Shown here: positions 40,935 to 52,620 of the stretch, piece by piece
Position numbering within the stretch: position 1 is the stretch's first letter
Layout of the letters: every line of letters starts with the position of its first letter
NCBI RefSeq assembly: GCF_011386835.1
Contig: NC_088795.1
Span: 56,730,001 to 56,794,000 of the forward strand
From: Chrysemys picta bellii
Lineage: Eukaryota
DNA: 64,000 nt
Direction of reading: 5' to 3'
Program-made: the position numbers and the translations under genes
Notes under the pieces: generated by a model
Databases searched by the model: none
What the model was told of the DNA's origin: nothing
What the model saw: the letters and a program-made list of their open reading frames with translations, nothing else

Positions 40935-41450
40935 GTTCCAGGGCGCTGTGCTTCTGTCTTTCAGATGAGACATAACAACAATGGTGCTGACAACTTGAGG
41001 TTATTAAAGAGATCACAGCACTATTACCTTCACAGCATGATGTTACAATTTGTTTAACTGTCTTTTATTAATGTAAATGCGCCCAGATGCTTTGGCAATG
41101 GCAGCATATTTTTTAGAATTCAAATAATAAACATTCACAAGAGTATAGGTGTTAGCCTTAGTATTCCAGCCAAATTGTAAGTTGAGGGCTTGATTCCTGC
41201 ACCCTTACTCATGTTAAGTAGAATTGTACTCTGCAAGTCAAAAAAAACCTATTCAAGAAATACAATGCTAATCAACTTGAGTAGGGGTGCCAGATTTGGG
41301 ATTCAAGTAATTACATTCTGCTTACCTAAATTCTCTCTGTTGCTTCACTACATACTGTTCATCATTTCCTAACATAAACTGTTGTTCATCGTTATTGTGT
41401 GCTATTAACATGTGCTCTGTTTCACTGAGAGGAGGTGGCAGTTATTTCAA
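40935..41450 (+). mobile_element. Degraded AmnSINE1-like (Deu-domain) SINE, apparently interrupted
   Basis: gtctttcagatgagacataa..ctgacaacttgaggttattaaaga and gtaattacattctgcttacctaaattc..taaactgttg..gtgctattaa..ggtggcag match recalled AmnSINE1 blocks. Confidence 0.55.
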
Positions 41451-43642
41451 TATTCACAGCAAAGGATACAGCTTCTATAACCAGACAGCAAAGTTTGTAA
41501 GGCACTATGCAATCCATTTAGATGAATGGTGATTATTATAAATGTAGTATCATTACTGCTACTGGGAAAAGTACATACATTAGTTGAAAACAGAGAAGAA
41601 AGTAATAAGATAATTGTAAACATAAGGTACTGCTTCATACCCACATGATGGGACAAAGCCTGGGGAATTAAACTACGAACTCTCTAAACTCTACATTGCG
41701 ACAATTATTCATCATTAGTAGAGAAATTCCCCCAAAAGGAGATTTCTTCTTGTCTATGAAAATTCCTAGCTTACTTTTTTGCTGAATTGTTTTTTTTTAA
41801 AAACAGCTTAAAAACTTGACTCTTCAGTTTAAAAATCTTGATTACTTTGTACTTCCACTACTGGTTTCACTTAAATATCTAACCTGACACAAGGAGAATA
41901 GGAACTTGTCATGTGTGCTCTAGTATAGGGTCCCATATCCCTTTAATAAAACCTTGCAAAATGTTGCAAAGAAAGGAGAATGGCATATTCCCATGTTAAC
42001 TTGCAACCAATGGATCTTAGAATGCTTTATGTTTCAACCCTTTTCTGCTCATCACATATATGAATGCAAATGTGAATATTAATTATGTATTGTTTATGGT
42101 ACACTTCCCATTTATAACATCATCTCTGGGAATCCAACATCATAAGTGTTAAAAATAATAGTTATAATGAGGACAACAATACCGGTGTTTAATGCAGCTG
42201 GAAGCCAAAGTTCTATAGCTTCCTATTACAGTGGTAATCAGTGATGCTTATGAGGGTTGCTATCCTTTAAAATCTAACAAAGGGTACCTACCAAAATAAA
42301 GTCTGCTAACTGAGGGTACAATATATGAGGTTTCATAAAATCAGTCTTCAAATCTCTAACCATTTTGCTAAATAAGCTTATAACAAGTTTGGTAGCAGAA
42401 GTAGTCTCTTCAGAAATGTGACTGACAATTTTATATTTAACACCATTCATTTAGGAAAATAAATTATTTGCAGGAAATGTATAATTTATAACAAGCTTTC
42501 ACTCTTCTTCCATTTGTGTTCTTCAACGTGTCTTTAACAATGTTAAAATGACTCATGATTAGATTAACAGACATTTACAAACAAAGGAAGCAGTTCAAAA
42601 CATTATATACTGTCAGAAATTAACATGGGGCACATGGGGTGGGGGGCGGATTTAAACCATGACCATCTAGGGCCAAGCTATCTAAAGAAAACAAAAGAAC
42701 AAGTTAATAAATAATAATTTACGTGTATTCTGGTAGCACTCAGAAAGCGTTAGGCACTGTTTACACATACAGGCCTTGACTTAAAGAGCTTATGGTAGTC
42801 TTATAAATATTATTACTATAATATAGTATTCTAATGATAGTATTATTACTCCGTTGAAGCATGGCCATTGCTTTATTAACACTAGTGGGCATCATAGGCC
42901 TAATCCAAAGCCCATTGAAGTGGTTTTGAAAACCATTCAGTGCCCATTGAAGTCAACATAAAGACAACCAGTGTTGGCTTAACTCTGCTCCCATTGAAGC
43001 CAATGAGAGTTTTACCTTGGTGCTGAGTTTTTGAAAATCCCATCCAATATGAATAAAGTATCAAAGGACAAATCATCCCTTGTCACACACGAGACTTTTA
43101 CACATCAATAAATCCCACAGAATCATGGCTTGTGTTTTGGACACTGTGATAATTAAAGCATCTGCAGCTTTTGCAGATTTTAGTGCAGCCACACATTTTG
43201 TTTAGAGCTTTGTTAAGAAGTGAATTAGTGTTCTTTTTCTTCAGGAGAGCAAACAGCTCAGAGTGCTACAAATAGTACGGTAAATAATACACAGTTAAGT
43301 GGCACTGTATTACACTAGTATCTTCAGCACTGATTGGAAGCACATATGCATACTCTATGGCTCTTATTTCTTCTTGAACATTAGAGACTTTTACCACTTG
43401 CTACAAGATGAAAAATGTTACAGCTGACCACTAGCTGGGGCTGGAGTATTTTGTTACCTAATCTTTTATTTGCCCATAAAGAGATGTCACTGACATAAAC
43501 CAAGCCTTTATCTTGTTTCAAAAGTTGTACCATTGAAAAATTAAATAAATTTCAGGTTTTACAAAGAAATGCACCTTCCCCCAGGCTCTGTTTCCAAAAT
43601 ATCCTATTTCAGTCAGAGTACAAGGGTTCAAGACATCACTTA

Positions 43643-43938
43643 GGCCTTGGCTACACTTACCCGCTAGTTCGACGGCTGGAAATCGAACTTCTAGGTTCGA
43701 CTTATCGCGTCTAGTCTGGACGCGATAAGTCGAACCCGGAAGTGCTCGCCGTCGACTGCGGTACTCCAGCTCGGCGAGAGGAGTACCGCGGAGTCGACGG
43801 GGGAGCCTGCCTGCCGAGTGTGGACCAAGGTAAGTTCGAACTAATTTGAACTAAGGTACTTCGAACTTCAGCTACGTTATTCACATAGCTGAAGTTGCGT
43901 ACCTTAGTTCGAATTAGGGGGGTAGTGTAGACCAAGCC
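43643..43938. mobile_element. Young Harbinger-type MITE (296 bp), CpG-rich, with internal hairpins
   Basis: GGCCTTGGCTACACT..AGTGTAGACCAAGCC ends; TTA TSD (43640-42, 43939-41). Internal hairpin GTTCGACTTATCGCGTC-TAGTCTG-GACGCGATAAGTCGAAC. Confidence 0.92.
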
Positions 43939-45117
43939 TTAGAAAGTGAAAAACATGCTCATGTTCAAGGTAATAAAACCAAAAGTTTTGGCTTTTTAAA
44001 ATGGGATTTTGGTCTTGTAAGTCCACCCCTCTGGAAGAATCTCCATCTATCAGGGAGAGCAGGAGGGGCAGAGAATGAGGAGAGCAGTAGCAGACCATCC
44101 GGAAGCAGTTCCTTCCTTCTTCCTTATCAAGAAATCAGATCAGCTCTTTCTGTGAACAGGTGTCTTTCATAACCTACACTAAAACACAGTTCACACACCA
44201 TGAGTCCATATTTACAACCCCTTCCAGGGGTTTGATTGTCATAATACAGAAATTAACAGCAAGACAACAAAGTTCAACTTGAACCTTTGTGACAGGCTTG
44301 GCCGTTCCTCAGGACTGCTCAGCCCATGCCCTATATCTCCTCTCCCCAGAAAGCAACATACCTCAGTGATTCAGTGAAACCCATGTATCCTGTTGCCAGC
44401 AGGATCAACACCTAGTAACTGATATTAGGTATTTCAGGGAAACATTGCCAGCCTGTTACAGGGTCACTCACTGTGTAATGACTAATAATCATCACTTGGA
44501 ACCAGATCTCTGTCTGCTTCCATGAACTGTAAGTAACCAAGGCCCTGACTGATGACCAACTACTGAGTAAGACTTGAACAAACAAGAGTCAATAAGAATC
44601 TTGTTAGTGGCGCCCAATGGCTTCAGTAATTTATCTTCCCCTTTCCAATCTCTCACACACCTCTAACACAAAAATACCCATAGGTTTTAGTTGTCCAAAT
44701 GTAAGGCTGCATTTATCTGGCCAAACAGTCAACAGGCTTCAGGCCCATTTTGGCTCATTATGATCCCATGCTACCCCAGCACATGCTATAAGATAGCTCT
44801 CCTACTGGGGTAAGCATTTTGTCATTGCAGACATGTGTGTTTGGCTCAGCATGTCTGATAGCATATGCTTTTGTGATACTGTCAGATGAGAAGGCTCACA
44901 CCCCCTTATAAAAGGAAGTAGTGGGCACTGTGTTTGCTGTGACACATTTTTATTTATTACCAGTTAGGAAGAAGTTTGTCCCAAATACTGACCACAGTCC
45001 TTTTTGAGTATCAAAACAATGTAAAATCAATGAAACTTCCGGTTTAAAGTATATTTTTTAATAAGTGGTAAGTTACTTTAAAAAAAGGGATTAGAGTCTT
45101 AATATCAAAATACTCAC

Positions 45118-45153
45118 AAAAAGCAGCAGTAGCAGTGGAGTTATAACGATACC
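45118..45153 (-). CDS. SLC10A7: SLC10A7 coding exon (36 nt; exon 6 by human numbering), GIVITPLLLLLF
   Basis: Reverse complement GGTATCGTTATAACTCCACTGCTACTGCTGCTTTTT, preceded by a pyrimidine-rich ..ttccag acceptor and followed by gtgagt donor. Peptide matches the recalled SLC10A7 segment GIVITPLLLLLF; phase 0/0. Confidence 0.93.
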
Positions 45154-46559
45154 CTGGAAGAAATAAAAGATAATGTTTTATTAGCCAGGAAAGTAGAATC
45201 TTAAAACCTGATGCATGGAAATACAGAAATTTTGTTAAATTAACGCGAGGCTAAGTGATAAAGAAAGGAAACATTTAACTTCATTCCTTACTGTATAGAT
45301 TCTTTAACATCTGTATAGGAATAATTTCTACTCACTGTAGCGAGAAGTTTAAATGATATTCCTTAGATCTAGCTTTCTCCTTTTTAGACTGAAGACTTCC
45401 TTTCTCAAAATATACACAATACAGTATAGAAGTTCAGACCAGTATCTTGTGAAGATTTCCCCACCAATATGTTGTACTCTCACTTGGTTAAGCTGCCCCT
45501 CCTGTCGGGGAGACAGGTGGTTCAGTCCCACACTGCCTAATTCATGGTCCTCTCTTGAGCAAAAGCTCCATCAGCTGTGATGAATTAGGTGTCCTGATTT
45601 TGTAATGTAAACTAATATCCCCTAGGAAATGAGCTGAGATCTCAAAACTCATTTCACTTGATTAGACTCCATGTCTCAGTGGAGGAAGGCAAGTCTTTCA
45701 TCTAATTTAGTCACACAGGACCACCTCAGCTCTCCACATCCCCCAGGCAGAGACAGGCAAAAGATTTGTTTTCTTCACTGACAGGGAACAGGTTTAAGGC
45801 TCATGATTGGACAAAATACAAGATTTTAAGTTTCATGAAAGCAAATCTTAAAATGAATTGTTTGGGTTGGGAGTTAACATGACATGCTTCACTTTCATAG
45901 CTGCAAGTGATACTTCTCCCTCACCCCTCTGTCATACTTCAATATTTTCTCATGATTTAATAAAAGCAGTTTGTCATTTAATGCATATTCATTCACAAGT
46001 CCCACTTAGAACTTCTTTTGTAAACAAAGATTATTTTTCTTCCCAATATTTATCAGATTCTCTTAATGAGACCCACTCACAAACTCTATATATTTTCCAA
46101 GGGCAAGATGCCAACCCACTTATACAAATCTGGTATGATAGTTTTTCCACCTATTCTTGGTTTCAACCAAGTGAAAAATACAAGTTAAAAGCAGTGATAA
46201 TTTTTTTGGTCATAATTCAGCTTTACTCTGGCTCTTCAAAGCTGTTAAAATCCAATATAAAACTCCCTCTTTATATGATGCATTTGTATTACAGCAGTGT
46301 CAACAGGCCCCGAGCAGGAGAAACTATTGAACTAGACACTTATGAACGAACAGGAAGACACAGTTCTTGCTCTGAAGTGCCTTGTTTAAAACAAGATGCA
46401 ACAAGTGAGATACAACAGGAGAGGACAAAGGACAAGGAAAAGAGGAATAAGAACAGAAGGTAACAGGCTAGCGGCATCAACTTGAAAGTTACACATTATT
46501 TTAAAGTATTTCTTGGAATAAATAAATGATATATCTTGTCTTTGATGGCTTCTCAATCT

Positions 46560-46900
46560 AGCCATCATTTGTCAGCTGACTTGTTTTGAGTGTCCAAGCA
46601 GAGGTGGCTCCTGGAAGGATGGCTTTAAGGATTACTTCAGGGATGGCATTCCCTGTGTGAGGAGCAGCGTGAAAGAAAATGCAGCAATGTTTGTGGGAGA
46701 AGCAGACAAACGGGTGTTCAAGGACGGCAAAATTTGTGGTGCAGGAAGCAGCAGGCAAGGAGTGTGGGATGTAATAAGAGCTGAGCAGATATTCTGCAAA
46801 GTAGTTGTTACAACACCTGAAATGATGGCCTATCAAGAACAACTTTATAGAGGGAGTGTAATGCGGTCATTCCAGTATAATGTGTCACATAACACACTCG
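46560..46900 (-). mobile_element. Degraded L2-like LINE 3' fragment
   Basis: Minus-strand translation HPFVCFSHKHCCIFFHAAPHTGNAIPEVILKA..LKT resembles the L2 C-terminal FSHAAP.AWN.LP..IR.A.SL..FK..LKT. Boundaries approximate. Confidence 0.55.
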
Positions 46901-46916
46901 TAGAGTTTTATTAGAC

Positions 46917-47606
46917 CAGTGGTTCTCAAACTTTTGTACTGGTGACTCCTTTCACATAGCAAGCCTCTGAGAGCGATCCCCCCCATATAAATTAGAAATA
47001 TTTTTTTATATATTTAACACCATTATAAATGCTGGAGGCAAAGCGGGGTTTGGGGTGGAGGCTGACAGCTCGCGATCCCCCATGTAATCATGGCTGGCTC
47101 TGGCTTTTTGGCCGCCCCAAGCAAAAAAATAAAATAAAAATAAAACGGGGCAGCCAGAACGGCAAAGCAAAAAAAAAAAAACAACCTGCGGCGCGGCCGG
47201 AGCACGGGTGCAGGGGGACCAGCTACCGGGGGGAGGTGGAGGGAGCGGGAGAGAGCGAGAAGGGGGGCGACCAGGGCTACAGCGGGGCGCTGCTACGCGG
47301 CCCCTCCCACCGTGCTGCCTGCCGGCAGGGCTCCACTCCAGTCAGCAGGGAGGGAAGGAGAAGGACTGCCCTGCCGGGCTTGCTGCAGGGCGCTCCTGTC
47401 CTCTGTGCCGCGCCCCCTACAGGGCGGCTGGAGCAGAACAAACAAACAAAAAAAGCGGCCGTGCCAGTCTAGGATTGGGCGGAATGCCGCCTCGTTCAAT
47501 CTGCTGCCCCAAGCACCAGCTTGTTCGGCTGGTGCCTGGAGTCAGCCCTGCATGTAATAACCTTGTGACCCCCGAGGGGTCCTGACCCACAGTTTGAGAA
47601 CCCCTG
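46917..47606. mobile_element. hAT MITE (outer element) hosting a nested hAT MITE
   Basis: CAGTGGTTCTCAAACT..AGTTTGAGAACCCCTG ends; perfect 8-bp TSD TATTAGAC (46909-16, 47607-14). Confidence 0.92.
47089..47550. mobile_element. Nested GC-rich hAT MITE (inner element, 462 bp)
   Basis: CATGGCTGGCTC..GAGTCAGCCCTG ends (CAGGGC-type TIR); perfect 8-bp TSD CATGTAAT (47081-88, 47551-58). Confidence 0.9.
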
Positions 47607-47694
47607 TATTAGACACTGTTGAGTATATGGGCTAGTTCCCCCCCTCCCCTTCTGTGTACTAACAAATACTTCGCACTGCCAAGTACCTGAAACT

Positions 47695-48280
47695 TCCCTG
47701 GCATAAAGGAATCTCCAGATGGTATAAAGCTAGCATAGCCAGCTCTATGACGCCCACTTCTGGACCCAAGCACAGGCGGATTGTCAGAGGTGGAGGTGAT
47801 GTACCCAAAACACTTGCACTCTAATAATTCCTCCGGTGGAACAGTCCACTGGTGTAACAAGGCTACTCCAAGGTGCTGAATTAGGGCCCGGCCAGCAATA
47901 AAATTTGGGGAGCAGGTGGCTTGTATGACTGCATGGTGAGGGGTGTCCATGACATCCCTCATCCTGGGCAGCCTGTGTGAGACAGACAGAAGGTTTGTGA
48001 TGGAGCAGTGCAGTGACTGCTCTGTGCATGTGCCTGGGGTTGTACATCATCCCAAAGACAGCAGGGAGGTGGTGGGGCCACATCCCCACTCCTGTAACAG
48101 CCTGCGAATTTGACTAACTCCTCGCCATGTGTGGAGGTGCTGGTTCAGGACCACGAATCAGCTTTGGGCACATCACCTCCCACCCCAGAGAAGCCCCCTG
48201 TGTTTGGGTCCAGAAATGGGTATTACAGAGCCAGCTCTGCTGGCTTTATACCACGTGGGGATTCCCTTTTGCCAAGACAA
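47695..48280. repeat. Foldback element with approximately 110-bp imperfect inverted arms
   Basis: Left arm ..ggtataaagctagcatagccagctctatgacgcccacttctggacccaagcacagg..gaggtggaggtgatgtaccc mirrors right arm gggcacatcacctccacc..cctgtgtttgggtccagaaatgggt..gagccagctctgctggctttatacc. A related motif occurs near 17030-17080. Confidence 0.6.
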
Positions 48281-48402
48281 GTCTCATTTAGGAAGAATGT
48301 AAGGAGAGGTTAAATGACTGTCCTTCTGGTGAGTCTGGGTAGGGGTGGTCCCTTCCTTTTCACTTACTCAACTATGTTCTTCAGGACAGGGCCTGTGTCT
48401 TC

Positions 48403-49055
48403 TAGGGTTACCATCCATCCGGGTTTCCCCGTACATGTCCGGCTTTTTCAGCTTTAAATGGCCGTCCGGGGGGGATTTCTAATAAAGTAGAAATGTCCGG
48501 GATTCCCCCCCCCCCCTCATGCAGAGTGCGGCGCGACTGATTGGACAGCTGGGCCTGATTGAAACCCGCTCGCAGCCACTGGGGCCTCTAGCAGCCAGAG
48601 TCCTTCCCCCTCCCCCGCAGAGCAGCGCGGAACAGTATTTGGCTCCACCTGGAGCCTGCAGCTCTCCCTTGGCCTGGTGGGGGGGCCGACAAGGGACAGG
48701 GAACAGCGGGTTAGATTGGTCGGGGGTTCTGGGGGGGGCTGTCAGGAGAAGGGGGTGTAGAGAGTGGTTGGGGCAGCCAAGGGACAGGGAATGGGGGGGT
48801 TAGATTGGTCGGGGGTTCTGGGGGGGCTGACAGGAGAAGGGGGTGTAGAGAGTGGTTGGGGCAGTCAGGGGACGGTGAGCGGGGAGACTTAGATAGGGGG
48901 TGGGGTCCTGGGGGCAGTTAGGGTGGGGGGATCTCAGGAGGGGGCAGTCAGGGGACAGGTAGGGGGTAGGCAGGTTTTGAGGGGGGTGGGGCTGGGGCAG
49001 GGCTAGGGCGGCACCCCGTGTCCTCTTTTTTGATTGTTGAAATATGGTAACCCTA
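48403..49055. mobile_element. hAT (Blackjack-like TAGGGTTACCAT TIR) MITE, G-rich
   Basis: TAGGGTTACCAT..ATGGTAACCCTA ends; perfect 8-bp TSD GTGTCTTC (48395-402, 49056-63); internal duplicated G-rich unit. Confidence 0.92.
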
Positions 49056-51303
49056 GTGTCTTCCTATGGGTTTGCACAACACCTTGTGTAATAGAGAGTG
49101 ATTAGTTCCTTTAGGTGCTACCACAATACTATTGCTGCTGCTGCTAATTCTAAACAGGCACAATATAAAGAAAAATTACCTCTTTTATAATAATGTAAAG
49201 GTGGACGTGGAGTTGAAATATCCCTGGACATGTCAGATTCTTGACTGACTGGTTTGTTAAAAAAATGGTTCCTAAACGTAATTCTAGCAATTCTTAGGAT
49301 AAGGTTTATGAGTAGCTCTGGTGACCTTAATAAACTCAGAAATGAGGTACATGTGGTCTCTACACAATCAATATTTATAGGGTCAAATTCTGCCCTCAGT
49401 TTTACACAATCAGTACCCAAGGAAGTTCAGAGGAGCCACCCACAATTATCTTAGGGGATGTCTGGCCCAAATTTAAGAAGAAAATAGTTATTTGATGTTA
49501 ACATTTTACTTAGATAAATAGCATCAGTTCCAGCACATGCAAAGATTTAAATTAAAACTATGGACACTTTTCAAGCCATATATCTTTTCATTAAGCAGCT
49601 CTCCTTAAAAGTATTCATAACCCAACAGTATGATATTTCTGAATCCATAGATATCACAGAATGTGAAATTAATGTGTACCAATCTAAAAGCAACTAGTAA
49701 AGATTATAGACAAAGGTTTAGGTTTAGGAGATAACACCAAAACATTGGTTCATTCTAGAATAAGCAATTCAAAGATCAATAGGAAAATGATAGCTATTCA
49801 GTACTGTCCAATTTATATGTTACTCTACTGAAATGCTAATAGGCTGAATCAGAGATAGAAGTACTCTAAGTACAGGATGTGAACTATAATCTTACATTGC
49901 TGCAGCAACAGTTACTGAATGCCACAAAGGAAACTAAAAAGGGAAATATCTCATTTCTAGTCCATTGCACACAAACACCACCAGGAAGAAAAAACTAAAT
50001 TTGACTACTCTTTTCCCTACCTCACTTTCTGAGCAAGTGCTGTCAAGCACATAGTGTATGGAGATAAACAGGTTGTAGATTAGCACTTCCAGCAAAAGCT
50101 GAGCATCTGCCCTTGTGGATGCAAGGTCATTACACAGTTTTAGCATCCTCAAAGTTAGGGTGGAATGTTAAGCTCTCTCTGTGCAGCCCATAATGGAATC
50201 TAAGTTGTAAAGTGACTGCTGTTTGCGATCTGCAGAAAAACTTTCAAGAAATCCATTTACACCTCTGATGTGAAAGACTGACTGAATATATTTCAATGAT
50301 TTTAGTGGGAAGGATGGGGGGAGGGAATCACAGCCTGACCTGAACCACTGATACAAAGTATGATTCTGCATAGAATCAGTCACATTATAAACTTGTAAAT
50401 GCACTTCTCTTTACAGTAAGGATCACAAAATATGTCACAGTTAAGATAGCTAGTTCTATTTTAATTTTTTTTAAACAGAGAACAGGTACAGAGAGATGCA
50501 TTTTACCATATTTCCATTGCAAAGAAAATGTTCAAAAAGAGATCACATTGGTTTTCTGTATATGCTTCCTCCAGTATAGCATTGCCCCATCTTGGTTACT
50601 GGAAGAGGTTTTTTTCTCTGACAGAACATGCACCCTCACTACATGTAATCAGCTGCAAAACTGGATAGCAAGAGGAAGTAGCATAAAGGATTTTACAGCC
50701 ATGATGGCTAATCATTAGGAAACAGGTGATGTTAATGGATATATAAGGCAGGCCAGGCTGTAGAGAGGCACCTGATGGAAGAGGTGTAGTGCGTTATTGT
50801 AGTGAGGCAATGAGTCAGGCAGACTTTCTTTAGAAATCTTAGCCCACAAATTTGCCATGTCCTTTTTCGCCATCATTACAGGCAGTCAGTGACACTAGTA
50901 CGTGGGGACTATCAATCAACACACTTTTCTTTGTACATAGTCTTTAATTTGTCTTCAGAAACAGCACTGGAAAGAACAAAAAATTATTGATAATCAAAGC
51001 TCTGATCCCGGAAAGCACTTAAGTATGGGTGTAGCCCCACTAACTTCAATGGGTCTACTCATGCTTAAAGTTAAGCACCTGCTTAAGTGCTTTGCTGGGA
51101 TGAGGTATAATAGGATTAAAAATATAAATGCCTTGTCTCTGACCACAGCATCATTTTATTCAATCCTCAATGGTCAATATTTCTATTAGTATGGAGCAGG
51201 TTAATGAAAACAGGTCTGTATGGGAGCCAACTTTGTTGGCAATCTCAGAAGAGACCAATGACTGAAAGAGCTTGGAAACTGAATTACTCCATCCTCACCC
51301 TGA

Positions 51304-51511
51304 AGAACATAAGAATGGCCATACTGGGTCAGACCAAAGATCCATCCAGCCCAGTATCCTGTCTACCGACAGTGACCAATGCCAGGTGCCCCAGAGGGAG
51401 TGAACATAACAGGTAATGATCAATTGATCTCTCTCCTGCCATCCATCTCCACCCTCTGACAAATAGAGGTTAGGGACACCATTGCTTACCCATCCTGGCT
51501 AATAGCCATTA
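51304..51511 (-). mobile_element. Short CR1 3' end fragment
   Basis: Reverse complement of the same 3' UTR seen at 3380-3646 (agaacataagaatggccatactgggtcagacc..). Confidence 0.88.
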
Positions 51512-51949
51512 AACCCTTCTACAATGTGCTTCCAGGTCTGGGTAAAGGAATACATTTGTTTGTCAAGGCAGTGTGGGAAAGACAGCAATGAATTCCTCAG
51601 TCCACAGAATATGGATAGAAACACACTAGATGCAATCTGGCACTGTTTAAGGCAATTTATTACACCTTGCCACCAAAAGAAAACAAAGAGAACTGTCCCT
51701 TGTATTTATTTATTTGGTTTTCTACAGGTTTAAAAAAGGACAATATCCAAGGCTCTAAGCATTCATGACACACACTATCACCTTCCACAAAAATTAAAAA
51801 TAGCACAGCAGCCTTATCTTCAAAAACAAAAGAGCCCCCTCACACACATGAAACACTGAATTCCTCCCTCGCACACAGATCTGACCCCTATCAAACCTCA
51901 CCCTCCACAGAAGCCAGAGCAAATAAATACACCTCCCTGCGTGTCCTGA

Positions 51950-52620
51950 AGGTCGTCAGGCCAGGGCTGGAACTTCTTCATGGAGAACAATCTACCGCCT
52001 GCTCCTATCTTAAAACAAGGGGGATTCAACTTGAGCTCCTCCACTGATCACACTGCAATGCTATGGGATAGGGAAAAAAGATGGTGTGATCACCCCTTAA
52101 ATTCCATATGGAAACCAATATGCAGCTAGTGCAGAACATGAAGCACCAGCGACATGCATTGCCACTGTAAAGCACCACATACTGTACTAGGTATGCTGCC
52201 ATGAACTGCATCTGCTTAAATTTCCGAATTGGCTTTAAGCACAACCCTGTCGGACTGCATGGCATAAGCCAGTCTTTAAGTGACAAAGGCATGGAACTGT
52301 AGCAAGGTCTGCACCCAAAAGAAATTAGTGCACAATCTCTTAGCTAGAAGCAAATAGTAAAAACTGTTCCTAGACACTGCAGTTATATGATCATCCAACA
52401 CAGATCCCAGATTGCAATCATGAGTTACAAATGGTGGGCACACACCTTCAGTTAAATGTGGAGATGTCAACCCCACCATATCTTCTGGTTCTTCCTCTAA
52501 TTTATCTGCATCACATGAGTCTTATCTGGATCAAGCTTCAGCCAGCTAACCCTCATCCATGTATTAATCTCCACTAGGCAGTGTGCCAGGGTTTCAACAA
52601 CATTGTTTGACTCAGGTGCG
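51950..52620 (-). mobile_element. Degraded L2-like LINE RT/C-terminal fragment
   Basis: ORF remnants CNLGSVLDDHITAVSRNSFYYLLLAKRL..HAFVT and GLCLKPIRKFKQMQFMAAYLV resemble L2 VRNLGV.LD....HIS.VSRS.FY.LR.I.RL..IHAFVTSRLDYCN..GLP.K...KLQ.VQN.AA.L. Boundaries approximate. Confidence 0.65.

Noticed and set aside
45858-46463. 201-aa + strand ORF
   Set aside because: AT-rich, no recognisable domain, no splice or promoter context; lies antisense in an intron and partly overlaps LINE-derived sequence. Consistent with a chance ORF.
47029-47585. 147-aa and 125-aa ORFs
   Set aside because: Lie within the GC-rich nested hAT MITE, where stop codons are rare; low-complexity translations.
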